64,000 nt of DNA from Chloroflexota bacterium. Its GTDB lineage: Bacteria; Chloroflexota; Limnocylindria; Limnocylindrales; Limnocylindraceae. The DNA is taken from the NCBI GenBank assembly GCA_003670745.1, contig QWQR01000002.1:1872-65871 (forward strand), in the 5' to 3' direction. Every line of letters starts with the position of its first letter. Within the stretch, counting starts at the first letter, position 1. The notes beneath the pieces were generated by a model. The model did no database searches, was not told the DNA's origin, and saw only the letters and a list, made by a program, of their open reading frames with translations. The position numbers and the translations under genes are program-made. This document shows, one piece after another, positions 9,672 to 19,600 of this stretch.

Positions 9672-10694
9672 TCAGCCGCGCCCCCAGATCGTGTCGCGCG
9701 CGCGGCCGAGGTGCGCCCTCCCCCGCTCCGTGACGACGCGCCCCTGGGGGGTGCGATCGAGGAAGCCGAGGCGTAAGAGGTACGGCTCAAAGACGTCTTC
9801 GAGGGCGTCGGCCGATTCGCCGAGCAGCGCCGCCATGGCTGCGACGCCAACAGGGCCGCCATCAAACTTCTCGATCATGACCGAGAGGAGCTTTCGATCG
9901 GTCGCATCGAGGCCAGCATCGTCGATCTGTAGCCCCTCCAGCGCCGCGGCGGCTGCCGTAGCGTCCACGCGCGCTCCCCCGGCAACCTGGACCTCATCGC
10001 GCACGCGACGCAACAGTCGATTCGCCGTGCGCGGTGTTCCGCGACTTCGTGCCGCGATGAGCGCGGCGGCATCGTCGTCAATCGCGATCCCGAGAATGCC
10101 GGCGGAGCGGCGCACAATGGCGGCGAGGTCGGCGTCGTCGTAGAAATCGAGTCGCTGCACCGCGCCGAAACGATCACGTAGCGGCGCTGAGAGCATGCCG
10201 ACGCGCGTCGTCGCACCGACGAGGGTGAATGGTGGCACCTCGAGGCGGAGCGGCTGTGCCGAGGCCCCCTTGCCGATCACGATGTCGATCGCTCGATCCT
10301 CCATCGCCGGATAGAGCACCTCCTCAACGGCGCGGCCGAGACGGTGGATCTCATCGATAAAGAGGACCTGTCGCGGCGCGAGGCTCGTGAGGATCGCCGC
10401 AAGATCGCCGCCGTGGTCGATCGCTGGGCCAGAGGTGAAGCGAATCGGCACGCTTAACTCATGGGCCACGATCGCCGCGAGGGTTGTTTTTCCGAGCCCG
10501 GGTGGACCGTGGAGAAGGAGATGGTCGGCCGCCTCGCCGCGCTCGCGCGCCGCCTGGAGCAGTGTCGTCAGCGAACGCTTCGCCTCGCCCTGGCCAACAT
10601 ACTCGCCGAGTGACGCTGGTCGTAGGCTCGCCTCGACGCTCCGCTCCTCTGCGTCGGCGCCACGCACCGCTCCCCCATCATGCGCATCGCTCAT
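9672..10694 (-). CDS. ruvB: Holliday junction branch migration ATPase RuvB
   Basis: AAA+ Walker [12 protein letters not shown]; RuvB N- and C-domains. Confidence 0.95.
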   Translation of the reverse strand: MSDAHDGGAVRGADAEERSVEASLRPASLGEYVGQGEAKRSLTTLLQAARERGEAADHLLLHGPPGLGKTTLAAIVAHELSVPIRFTSGPAIDHGGDLAAILTSLAPRQVLFIDEIHRLGRAVEEVLYPAMEDRAIDIVIGKGASAQPLRLEVPPFTLVGATTRVGMLSAPLRDRFGAVQRLDFYDDADLAAIVRRSAGILGIAIDDDAAALIAARSRGTPRTANRLLRRVRDEVQVAGGARVDATAAAAALEGLQIDDAGLDATDRKLLSVMIEKFDGGPVGVAAMAALLGESADALEDVFEPYLLRLGFLDRTPQGRVVTERGRAHLGRARDTIWGRG

Positions 10695-11296
10695 CAGGCA
10701 CGCTCCTTCAGCGCCGCGCGCAGGCGATCGGTGAGTGAGGCGCCACGGAGCGAGTCGTCACCGTTCACCGTGGCGACCAGGTCGCGCGCCTCGCGGCTCG
10801 GGAAGCCGAGGCTGCGAAGTGCTGCGGCAAGATCGCGATCCTCGTCGCTGCGCGGCGCATCGCCGCTGGAGCTCCCACCTTGCGCCGCTGCGGTCTCTCG
10901 TGCCATGCGCTCGCCGAGCTCCACGACGATACGTGCGGCGAGTCGACGCCCCACGCCAGAGGCGGTGGCGAGGAGCGCCTCATCGCCATCAACGAGGGCG
11001 CGACGAATGCGATCGGCGCCATGGGCGGAGAGGAGGGCGAGCGCAACCTTCGGCCCAACGCCGCTCACATCGAGCAGCGTTGCGAAGAGGCGTTCCTGGT
11101 CACGGCTGCGGAATCCAACGAGCTGCTCAGCATCTTCGCGCACGAGGTGATGGAGATACAGCTCGATCGTCGCGCCATCGCGCGCATCGGCGATCACCTG
11201 CGGCAGGACGCGGATGCGCAGGCCGAGCCCGTCGCGAACGACGACAAGCGCATCCTCTTCGACCCAGGCGATCTCACCAGAGATGAACGCGTACAT
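10694..11296 (-). CDS. ruvA: Holliday junction DNA helicase subunit RuvA
   Basis: RuvA OB and HhH motifs ([10 protein letters not shown]); 1-nt overlap with ruvB. Confidence 0.9.
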   Translation of the reverse strand: MYAFISGEIAWVEEDALVVVRDGLGLRIRVLPQVIADARDGATIELYLHHLVREDAEQLVGFRSRDQERLFATLLDVSGVGPKVALALLSAHGADRIRRALVDGDEALLATASGVGRRLAARIVVELGERMARETAAAQGGSSSGDAPRSDEDRDLAAALRSLGFPSREARDLVATVNGDDSLRGASLTDRLRAALKERA

Positions 11297-11883
11297 CAGC
11301 GACGCTCCGCGCGGAGTGCTGCGCGCACGGCACGGTCGAAGCCGCTCTCCGCGGCGATCCCCTGCGCAGACGAGCGATCGGCGCGCGAGGAGCCGGCGGC
11401 GCGCTCGAGGCGGGCAGCGCCGCCACCCCAGATCGCGAGGCCCAGCGCGTCAGCCGCGTCGTTTGGCGTCGGTGCAGCCGAGAGGCCGAGGAGTCGAGTG
11501 ACGGCGAGCGTCACGGCAGCCTTTGATGCACGTCCATCGCCGGCGACGGCACGCTTCATCTCCGACGGTGTCGCCTCAATCAGCGGAAGTGCGAGGTCTG
11601 CAGCCACAAGCAGGGTGACGCCGCGTGCGGCACCGATCCCGACCGCCGACTGCACGTTTCCCTGACTGAAGATGCGTTCGATGGCGATGCGATCGGGCCG
11701 CTGTTCGCGAATGATCGCAACGAGCGCGTCGCGAATCACCGCAAGTCGATCGCCGAGCGCAAGGCTCGGCTCCGTGAGGATCACGCCATGGGCGCGATGG
11801 ACAAGTCGTTCGCCGCCGCTCTCGACGACCCCCCAACCAAAGGTGGCGGTCCCGGGGTCGAGGCCCAGGACGCGAAGGCTCAT
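11296..11883 (-). CDS. ruvC: Crossover junction endodeoxyribonuclease RuvC
   Basis: RNase H-like fold; LGLDPGT catalytic Asp motif. Confidence 0.9.
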   Translation of the reverse strand: MSLRVLGLDPGTATFGWGVVESGGERLVHRAHGVILTEPSLALGDRLAVIRDALVAIIREQRPDRIAIERIFSQGNVQSAVGIGAARGVTLLVAADLALPLIEATPSEMKRAVAGDGRASKAAVTLAVTRLLGLSAAPTPNDAADALGLAIWGGGAARLERAAGSSRADRSSAQGIAAESGFDRAVRAALRAERR

Positions 11884-12620
11884 CGCGTGAGCTCTGCGAA
11901 GACCTCGGGCGGGACCTCGAAGTTCGCGGTGACGCGCTGGACATCGTCGAGATCCTCGAGCGCATCGATGAGCTTGAGATTCTTTCGCGCATCGTCAGCC
12001 GATACATCGATCGTGGACTTGGCGACAAGGCTCGCCTCGGCAGACTTCACACTGACGCCGGCCTTCTCGAGCCCCGCGCGCACCTCTTCGAGCTTCGCCG
12101 GCTCGGCGTAGACGTAGACGCTTCCAGCATCCTCATCAACGTCATCGGCTCCCGCCTCAATCGCCGCCTCGCCGACGGCGGCGAGCGTGCCGCCGCACTC
12201 GATCACGCCGCGGTTCTCAAACTGCCACGCAACCGCCCCGCTGCTCGCCAGCGAACCTCCGGACTTGGTGAAGAGGCTGCGCACCTCTGAGGCGGTGCGA
12301 TTGCGGTTATCGGTCGCCGCCTCAACGAGCACCGCGACGCCACCTGGGCCGTACCCTTCATACGAGATCTCTTCATACGCCTCGTTCTGGCCAAGGCCGG
12401 CGGCGCGTTCGATCGCGCGCTTGATGTTGTCGTTGGGCATGTTTAGGCCGCGCCCCTTGTCAACGGCGAGGCGGAGTCGTGGGTTTGCCGCGGGATCAGC
12501 GCCACCGATACGCGCCGCGATCGTGATCTCGCGGGCGACCTTGGTGAACTGCGCGGCGCGCTTCGCGTCGTTCGCGCCCTTCTGGCGCTTGATCGTGGAC
12601 CATTTTGAGTGACCAGACAT
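11880..12620 (-). CDS. yebC: YebC/PmpR family DNA-binding transcriptional regulator
   Basis: MSGHSKWSTIKRQK N-terminus. The track ORF starts 8 codons upstream; the conserved start at 12620 was chosen. Confidence 0.9.
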   Translation of the reverse strand: MSGHSKWSTIKRQKGANDAKRAAQFTKVAREITIAARIGGADPAANPRLRLAVDKGRGLNMPNDNIKRAIERAAGLGQNEAYEEISYEGYGPGGVAVLVEAATDNRNRTASEVRSLFTKSGGSLASSGAVAWQFENRGVIECGGTLAAVGEAAIEAGADDVDEDAGSVYVYAEPAKLEEVRAGLEKAGVSVKSAEASLVAKSTIDVSADDARKNLKLIDALEDLDDVQRVTANFEVPPEVFAELTR

Positions 12621-12687
12621 GCGCGGAGTATAGGCGAGCGGCACGCCCCAACGGAGCGAGGTCAGGTGCGGCCGAGGTGCGCTAGGG

Positions 12688-13995
12688 CTACCCGGCGCGG
12701 AGGATGCGGTGCTCGCGGCGCCCCTTGCGGATCAACAGTGACCCATCGGCGAGGGGGGCGAAGGTTGTGATCGCAGCGGTGGCGTCCGTGGCGGGGCTCC
12801 CGTTGACGCTGATCCCCCCCTGGTCAATGAGGCGGCGCGCCTCACCCTTCGAGGTGGCGAGTCCGGCGGCGATGACCGCGTCGACGAGCGTCGCGTCGGC
12901 AGCCTGTGGCACGACGCCCCCCTCCAGCTCTGCGGCCAGGGTTGCAAGCGTTGCGGCGCTGAGCGTTCGCGGGTCGCGAGCGCCGCCGCCAGGAACGCCG
13001 AAGAGCGTCTCGGCAACTTCGGCGGCACGCGCCTCCTCGTCGGCTCCATGAACCATTGCCGTCAGGCGCGACGCGAGATGGCGCTGGGCAACCCGCGCCG
13101 ATGGGTCCGCCTCATGCGCTGCGAGCAGCGTGGTGATTTCAGCGACCGGGTCCAACGTGAAGCGCAGGAGCAGCTCGCCGACCTGGGCGTCCTCCTGGTC
13201 GATCCAGAACTGACGGAAGGCAAATGGGCTCGTGCGCTTCGGGTCGAGCCACACTGCCCCCTCGGCGGTCTTGCCAAACTTTGCGCCGCTCTTGGCAACC
13301 AGGAGCGGATAGCAGAGGCCAAAGGCGAGCGACCCAGCTTCGCTCCCATCGCCCTCAACGCGTCGAATCAGCTCCGTGCCGGCGGTGATGTTCCCCCACT
13401 GATCGCTTCCGCCCATCTGCAGCTCGATGCCGTGAAGACGGCGCAGCATCAGGAAGTCGTAGCTCTGCAACAGCATGTAGCTGAACTCGGTAAAGGAGAG
13501 CCCTGCCTCCAGTCGACTCTTCACCGAATCCTTCGCGAGCATGTATCCGACGGTGAGGTGCTTCCCGGTATCGCGCAAGAAGTCGATCAGGCCGACCTCG
13601 CCGAGCCACTCGAGGTTGTCGAGAAGGAGCGCACCTTTTGCGCCTGAGAAATCGAGAAGTCGCGCGAGCTGGCCGCCGATCGCCGCGCGATTCGCATCGA
13701 GCGTGGGGCGATCGAGCAGGTTCCGTTCGGCGGAGCGACCCGATGGATCGCCGATCATTCCAGTTCCGCCGCCAACGAGGGCGACGGGGCGCCCGCCGGC
13801 AAGTTGCAGTCGTCGAAGGGCAAGGACACCCATGAGATGACCGACGTGGAGCGAGTCGGCGCTTGGATCAAACCCGATGTAGCCGCCGATCGAAGCGTCG
13901 GCGGTAACTCGCTCGTCGAGCCCCGCCGTCACCTCATGGATGAGGCCGCGTGCTGCGAAGTCGCGAAGGAGCTCAGAGCGCGGTGAGGTCGCCAC
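12688..13995 (-). CDS. tyrS: Tyrosine--tRNA ligase
   Basis: HVGH (HIGH) and KFGKT (KMSKS) class I motifs; C-terminal S4-like domain. Confidence 0.93.
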   Translation of the reverse strand: MATSPRSELLRDFAARGLIHEVTAGLDERVTADASIGGYIGFDPSADSLHVGHLMGVLALRRLQLAGGRPVALVGGGTGMIGDPSGRSAERNLLDRPTLDANRAAIGGQLARLLDFSGAKGALLLDNLEWLGEVGLIDFLRDTGKHLTVGYMLAKDSVKSRLEAGLSFTEFSYMLLQSYDFLMLRRLHGIELQMGGSDQWGNITAGTELIRRVEGDGSEAGSLAFGLCYPLLVAKSGAKFGKTAEGAVWLDPKRTSPFAFRQFWIDQEDAQVGELLLRFTLDPVAEITTLLAAHEADPSARVAQRHLASRLTAMVHGADEEARAAEVAETLFGVPGGGARDPRTLSAATLATLAAELEGGVVPQAADATLVDAVIAAGLATSKGEARRLIDQGGISVNGSPATDATAAITTFAPLADGSLLIRKGRREHRILRAG

Positions 13996-14018
13996 GTGCT
14001 CATGCTACCCTCACTGCG

Positions 14019-16694
14019 ATGAGCACGGTCGCTCCGCACCGCCCCGACGACACCGCCCGCAGGCGACGCAACCCCTCTGGGGGTCTCATCACCCTCCTCC
14101 CCGTCGCCCTTCTCCTCTCCTGCCTCCTCTTCGCCGCGATCGCCTATGTGGGGGTCGGAGCGATCTACGAGAAGGTGATCAACGACCTTCCGAGCCCGAG
14201 CGACCTCGACACGATCATCCTCGGCGAGAACTCGGGGGTCTTTGACCGAACCGGCACCGTGAAGCTCGCCGAGTTTGGCTCCGACCGACGAGAGAACGCG
14301 ACCTTCGAGGAGATCCCCTCGATCGTCATCGACACCACCACGGCGATCGAAGATAAGACCTTCTGGCAGAACTCTGGGTTTGACCCGCTCGGCTTTGTGG
14401 CGGCGGCGCTCGACACCCTGCGGGGTTCAGGGCGTGGCGGCTCGACGATCACCCAGCAGCTTGTTCGCGGCGTCCTCCTTCCTGCTGATGCCTTTAAGGG
14501 AAGTATCTACGAGCGCAAGATCAAGGAGATTATCCAGGCGATCCGCCTGACGAAAGAGTTCCCTGGTCGCGCCGGAAAAGAGAAGGTCATGACGACTTAC
14601 ATGAACAACAACTACTACGGCTCACGCGCCTACGGGATTCGCGCCGCGGCCGAACAGTACTTCGGGATCACCGACCTCTCGCTCTTGACCCTCGGCCAAG
14701 CGGCACTCCTCGCCGGCATCCCGCAGGCGCCAAGCACCTACGACCTGCGCGCAAACGCGATCACCTGTCCAGCGGTCCCCGAAGCTTGCGTCGGTATTTC
14801 TGATGGCGTACTTGTTGTGCCGCTCGACACGCAGGTTGCGAAGCGACGCGTTGACGTGTTGAACCTTCTCAAGGCAACACGGAGTTCTGGGATCCCGCAA
14901 GAAACCGACACAATTGACGCGGCCGCGATCGAGGCGGCGAAGAGTGAGACGATCACCCTAGTTGAGGCGCCGCTGTTGAAGATGAACGCGCCGCACTTTG
15001 TGAATCGCGTACGTGACATCGCAAGCGAGATCCTCTGCCCACCCGAAGATTCGTTCTGCACGCGCCTTGACACAGATGGCTACCGAATCGTCACCACCCT
15101 CGACTGGACAATGCAGCAGGCGGCGGACAAGTGGGCGGCGGCGGTACTTGCCGCCGACATGAAGGACCCGGCCCCCTACCTTGCAGCACTCGGCGTGCCA
15201 AAGGTCGACTGGATCGCAAAGATCAAGAAGACGAACCTGCATAACGCCGCGATTGCAACGCTCGATGCGCGCACGGGAGACGTGCTCGCTTACACGGGGT
15301 CTGCCGACTATTACGCCACTTCGAGCTCGCCCGCCTTCCAGCCGCAGTTCGACGTGCTGAACGCCTACCGGCAACCTGGCTCGTCGATCAAGCCGCTCGT
15401 CTACGCCTACGCGCTCCAGGAGCGTGCCATCACCGCCTCAACGCTCTTTATGGATGTGCCGGTCGACTTTGGCGAAGGGTGGACCCCCGCCGACTGGGAC
15501 AACGTCGAGCGCGGTCCGGTCGTTACGCGCAAGGCGCTCCAAGGATCGCTCAACATCCCTGCGGTGAAGACGGCGATCCGCACCGGCGCGGACCGGATCT
15601 TCCGCTGGCTGAAGGACGGCGCATTCACCCTTCCCGAAGATACGAATATCCACGGCGCCGCCCTCGCGATCGGCACGATGGACGTTCGCTACGCCGACCT
15701 CCTCTCCGCCTACGGCGGCCTTGCGAATGGCGGCAACCTTGTTGCTCGACGCTACATCCTTGAGATCCAGGATCGCTACGGCAACAGCGTCTGGAAGGCA
15801 GCCGACCCTGCAAGCACGCTGAAGACGATGCTTACCTCAGATGCCGATGGCCTGATCACCGACATCATTGCGGGGAACACCGACGCCTCGCAGAATCCCG
15901 TCTGGGCACAGCGCAAACTCATCGCGGCGAACGGTAAGCGTCGACCGGCAACGTTCAAGACGGGGACGACCGACAACTCCAAGGACCTCGCCGCCTTCGG
16001 CTACCTCGCACCGCCGAAGAGCTCGAACGCTCCCCTCTTGGTGACCGGCGTCTGGACTGGCAACTCCGACGCAACGCCGACCACCGCCTCGTCGCTCTCT
16101 GCCGCGGGCGGCGTCTGGCAGTCGTACTTCTCCGAGATCTCGGCATCAATGCCGATCGCATCATTCGAGCGGCCAGCGACGCTGCAGGCGGTCGTCATCG
16201 ATGCGCAGAGCGGCGAGCTTCCGGGCGACTGCACGAAGTTCACGACCACTGAGTACTACATCCCAGGAACGGCACCGACCACCGCGTGCAGCCTCTTCCG
16301 CTCGGTCACGGTCGACGCGGTGAGTGGTCTCCTCTGGGGGAACGGCTGCAGCGGCACGCCGATCCAACGCGACGTTATCGACCTCGGCCTCGCCGAGCGC
16401 GACTGGCCAACCTGGCAGGCGGCAAACCTTGAGTGGGCTGAACGCGCACGACAGGGCGTCGGCATCGTCGGCGGTGCTCGCGAAGGGAAGACCGACTACT
16501 TCTACGCATCGTACTGGCGCCCCTATGGCGAGTCGTGGGGCGGCGCGATCGCTCCGACGACCTACTGTGGCTCTGGCGCCCCGACCCCAACACCATCGAT
16601 CTCGCCGACTCCAACACCGAGCGGTTCGCCCAGCGACGTACCGACCGAAACGCCAACAGGCACTCCGACCGAAACGCCTACAACGACGCCATAG
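14019..16694 (+). CDS. Class A penicillin-binding protein (bifunctional glycosyltransferase/transpeptidase, PBP1A-like) with Pro/Thr-rich C-terminal tail
   Basis: GT51 motif EDKTFWQNSGFD...GGSTITQQL; transpeptidase SxxK/SxN-like motifs. Start is uncertain (13950 or 14019). Confidence 0.85.
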   Translation: MSTVAPHRPDDTARRRRNPSGGLITLLPVALLLSCLLFAAIAYVGVGAIYEKVINDLPSPSDLDTIILGENSGVFDRTGTVKLAEFGSDRRENATFEEIPSIVIDTTTAIEDKTFWQNSGFDPLGFVAAALDTLRGSGRGGSTITQQLVRGVLLPADAFKGSIYERKIKEIIQAIRLTKEFPGRAGKEKVMTTYMNNNYYGSRAYGIRAAAEQYFGITDLSLLTLGQAALLAGIPQAPSTYDLRANAITCPAVPEACVGISDGVLVVPLDTQVAKRRVDVLNLLKATRSSGIPQETDTIDAAAIEAAKSETITLVEAPLLKMNAPHFVNRVRDIASEILCPPEDSFCTRLDTDGYRIVTTLDWTMQQAADKWAAAVLAADMKDPAPYLAALGVPKVDWIAKIKKTNLHNAAIATLDARTGDVLAYTGSADYYATSSSPAFQPQFDVLNAYRQPGSSIKPLVYAYALQERAITASTLFMDVPVDFGEGWTPADWDNVERGPVVTRKALQGSLNIPAVKTAIRTGADRIFRWLKDGAFTLPEDTNIHGAALAIGTMDVRYADLLSAYGGLANGGNLVARRYILEIQDRYGNSVWKAADPASTLKTMLTSDADGLITDIIAGNTDASQNPVWAQRKLIAANGKRRPATFKTGTTDNSKDLAAFGYLAPPKSSNAPLLVTGVWTGNSDATPTTASSLSAAGGVWQSYFSEISASMPIASFERPATLQAVVIDAQSGELPGDCTKFTTTEYYIPGTAPTTACSLFRSVTVDAVSGLLWGNGCSGTPIQRDVIDLGLAERDWPTWQAANLEWAERARQGVGIVGGAREGKTDYFYASYWRPYGESWGGAIAPTTYCGSGAPTPTPSISPTPTPSGSPSDVPTETPTGTPTETPTTTP
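16618..16691 (+). repeat. Direct nucleotide repeats encoding the PT-rich C-terminal tail of the PBP
   Basis: ccgaccgaaacgcc occurs twice; encodes TPTETP repeats. Confidence 0.4.
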
Positions 16695-16712
16695 CGCCTC
16701 GGTGGCGCTAGA
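16688..16712. terminator. Short inverted repeat between the convergent PBP and mutS2 stop codons
   Basis: AGCGCC-tcggt-GGCGCT overlapping both stop codons; possible bidirectional terminator. Confidence 0.25.
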
Positions 16713-19095
16713 GGATCGCGATCGTCACGCCGTCACGACCCGGCGCGTCGGCATCGCGCACTTCGCGCACCTCGTTCAGCTCGCGTAGTCGGCGCCGTAC
16801 CGCATCGCGGAGCGCCCCTGTGCCAACCCCGTGAATGATCTCCAGGCGATCACCACCAGCCAAAAGCACGGCATCGATTCGCGCCTCGAGGGCGAGGAGC
16901 GCGTCTTCAACACGCGCCCCGCGCAGGTCAAGCCGCGCCGTTGCGCCAGGCGGTGGCGACGGACGTGAGGTGAGCACTGGAGAGGCAGGCGCGCGGCCAA
17001 CGATCGCAACGATCTCGGCGTAGTCAACCTCGGCGCGTAGTCCGCCGAAGGCGATTGTGCAGCGCCTGCGTGCAGGGTCGAGCGCGACGATCTCGCCGCG
17101 AGAGCCGCCCTGCGTCTCAACAAGATCCCCGACGCTTGCCTCCTGCATGTCGGCACTGGCGGCCGCTTCCGCCGCCGCCCCAGGTGATGCTGCGCTACGT
17201 AGTTCATCTCGCAACGCTCCCTCGGCGTCTACCAGCTGCGGGGTGACCGAGCCCGACGCGAGCGCCGCACGCAGTGCGTCCGCCTTTGTAAGGAGGGACT
17301 GCGCGTATTCAGCGGCGCGCTCCGTTGCCGTCTTGCGTGCGATGGCAAGTTCGCCCTCCGCCTCGCGCCGTGCCTGAACGGCGGCGCGGAGCGCCTCGTC
17401 GGCGCGCTCTTGCAAGCGTTCAGCGATGGAGCGTGCCTCGTCGGCGCCGATGCGCGCCGTCGCAGCCGCAGCGAGCGACGCGTCGAGGGCGGCACCTTGG
17501 TCGCTCCTACGACGTTGCGCCGCCTCGAGCAGCGGCGTGGGGAGGCCGAGCTTCTGTGCAATCGCAAAGGCCTGCGATCCGCCCGGCGCCCCAACCGTAA
17601 GGCGATAGGTGGGGCGAAGCGTCGCAAGATCAAATTCCACAGCGCCGTTTTGCACCCCCTCGGTGACGTGGGCGTACTGCTTCAGTTCGGCGTAGTGACT
17701 CGTCGCGAGAAGGCGCACACCACGCAGACGGAAGTCGTCAATGATCGCGGCGGCAAGCGCCGCCCCTTCGGCCGGATCAGTCCCCGCCCCCGCCTCGTCA
17801 AGCAGCACGAGGTCGCCGGGCGCCGCAGCGGCGTGGATACGCAGGATCGAGGTGAGGTGGCCAGAGAAGGTGGAGAGACTTTGCGCGATCGACTGGTCGT
17901 CACCGATGTCGGCCCAGACGCCACCGGTCGGTGGGATCGCCGAACCCTCCCCCGCGGGAATCGGCAGCCCCGCAGCGTGCATTGCGGTGAGGAGTCCAAC
18001 CGTCTTTAGCGCAACGGTCTTTCCCCCGGTGTTTGGTCCCGTGATGAGCAGGACGCGTTGCGCAGCATCGAGGCGCAGATCGATCGGCACCGGATCGCCG
18101 ACCAGGAGCGGATGGCGTGCCGTGCGCAGCTCGAGGCGTCCATCACTTGCCGTTTCGGCGAACTCCCATCCGCGCGCCGCGGCAACGTCGGCGATCGCGC
18201 GCACGAGATCCACTTCGGTCAGCAGCTCGAGATCGCGGCGCAGCGCCACCTCCTCGCGGGCGACGATCGCGCTCAGCGCGCTGAGGATGCGCGCCTCCTC
18301 AGCGCTCACCGCCGCCTCCGCCTCGCGCAGGGCGTTCCCCAGCTCCACTACCTCGAGTGGCTCGATCCAGATCGTCTGTCCTGTGGCGCTCGTGTCGTGC
18401 ACGATCCCCGCCACCTTTGACTTCGCTTCTGCGCGCACCGGCAGCACGTAACGCCCATTGCGCAGGGTGACGATCGCCTCCTGCAGATGTGGGGCGTAAG
18501 CCTTCGCATGGGCAAGCCCCTCGAGGCGCGCCCTCAGGCGCTCGAGTGCGCCGCGTAGATGAGCGCGTAGCCCGCCGAGGAGCGGCGAGGCGGAGTCGTT
18601 CAGCGTGCCGTCGGGGCCTACCGCGCGCTCCAACTGCGAGCGGAGGCCACGCAACGGGGCGAGCTCCGTCGCAACCGCCGCGAGGAGCGGCCCGCCACGA
18701 GTGAGCTCTCCCTGCAGACGATCGACGACGCGCAGCGTCTCGGCGATCGCAAAGAGGCTTCCGCCATCGAGTGCCCCGCCCTTTGCAATGCGGTCAAGGC
18801 CGGGGCGAAGGTCAGCGGCACCACCGATGTGCGGATCGGCCCCATCACGGCGCAGCGCAGCGAGTTCGATAGTGTGACCGCGACGCATCTGCGCAGCCGG
18901 ATCTGGCGTCACAGGGGCAAGCGCCTGTGCCGCCTCGCGCGAAGGGGCAAAGGCGCATTGCGCAGCAACGATTGCCGTCACCGCAGGCCACTCAAGGCGC
19001 AGTAGCGAACCGCTGTCGTAGGGGCGCGACGCGGTGCTCACAGCCAGACGCTCACGGCGAAAGGAGTGCGCGGAGCGCGTCAGGGAGCCAGCCAC
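16708..19095 (-). CDS. mutS2: Endonuclease MutS2 (MutS domain V ATPase plus C-terminal Smr domain)
   Basis: Walker A GPNTGGKT; C-terminal Smr motif LDLRGARVEDA...IIHGVGTG. The true start is probably an internal GTG near 19041. Confidence 0.85.
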   Translation of the reverse strand: MAGSLTRSAHSFRRERLAVSTASRPYDSGSLLRLEWPAVTAIVAAQCAFAPSREAAQALAPVTPDPAAQMRRGHTIELAALRRDGADPHIGGAADLRPGLDRIAKGGALDGGSLFAIAETLRVVDRLQGELTRGGPLLAAVATELAPLRGLRSQLERAVGPDGTLNDSASPLLGGLRAHLRGALERLRARLEGLAHAKAYAPHLQEAIVTLRNGRYVLPVRAEAKSKVAGIVHDTSATGQTIWIEPLEVVELGNALREAEAAVSAEEARILSALSAIVAREEVALRRDLELLTEVDLVRAIADVAAARGWEFAETASDGRLELRTARHPLLVGDPVPIDLRLDAAQRVLLITGPNTGGKTVALKTVGLLTAMHAAGLPIPAGEGSAIPPTGGVWADIGDDQSIAQSLSTFSGHLTSILRIHAAAAPGDLVLLDEAGAGTDPAEGAALAAAIIDDFRLRGVRLLATSHYAELKQYAHVTEGVQNGAVEFDLATLRPTYRLTVGAPGGSQAFAIAQKLGLPTPLLEAAQRRRSDQGAALDASLAAAATARIGADEARSIAERLQERADEALRAAVQARREAEGELAIARKTATERAAEYAQSLLTKADALRAALASGSVTPQLVDAEGALRDELRSAASPGAAAEAAASADMQEASVGDLVETQGGSRGEIVALDPARRRCTIAFGGLRAEVDYAEIVAIVGRAPASPVLTSRPSPPPGATARLDLRGARVEDALLALEARIDAVLLAGGDRLEIIHGVGTGALRDAVRRRLRELNEVREVRDADAPGRDGVTIAIL

Positions 19096-19600
19096 CGATC
19101 AGTGTGCCAATTACTGGGAAGAGCTCTACGCGCACCAGCGATGCGGCTGTTGAGCCGCTGATCGCGTCAACGAGGGTGGCGAGCGCCCCCGACGTACCGC
19201 CGAATGAGCGCGCTGCGTCGGAGATAAAGACGAGACCGCCAACGATCAGGACCCCTTGCACGAGGCCGAGCAGCGCACCGACCAACGAGTCGAGGCCGCC
19301 GAGGCGAACGATGCGGAGCAGGGCGCGGAGCGTGGTGCCGAGGATCAGGGATCCAAGCCAGATGATCAGCCACGTGCCACCGACGACAACAAAGGCGCCG
19401 ATGAGGAGCGGGTCAACAGCCGGCAGCGCCGTTGAGATCAGCGCGGTGAGCGGGGCGCGACCGACCGCGGCGAGGTAGAGGCCGAGGAGCGCTGAGGCGA
19501 CGCCGACGAGGGTGCGCACCGCACCAACGCGCCAACCGTTCCAAGCAACGAGCGCGAGAAGTGCGAGCGCTCCCAGGTCGACGATCAGACTCGCGCTCAT
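19052..19600 (-). CDS. cvpA: CvpA family membrane protein
   Basis: 4-TM protein with a CvpA-like N-terminus (VDLGALALLALVAWNGWRVG). Synteny between pheT and mutS2 mirrors Firmicutes yshB. Confidence 0.55.
   Translation of the reverse strand: MSASLIVDLGALALLALVAWNGWRVGAVRTLVGVASALLGLYLAAVGRAPLTALISTALPAVDPLLIGAFVVVGGTWLIIWLGSLILGTTLRALLRIVRLGGLDSLVGALLGLVQGVLIVGGLVFISDAARSFGGTSGALATLVDAISGSTAASLVRVELFPVIGTLIGGWLPDALRALLSP

Noticed and set aside
12688-14019. Looked for T-box leaders or riboswitches upstream of tyrS, thrS and alaS.
   Set aside because: The tyrS and PBP starts are only ~23 nt apart, and thrS is 43 nt from tRNA-Val. No GGTGGTACCGCG-like T-box sequence was seen upstream of alaS. 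So no T-box was called.
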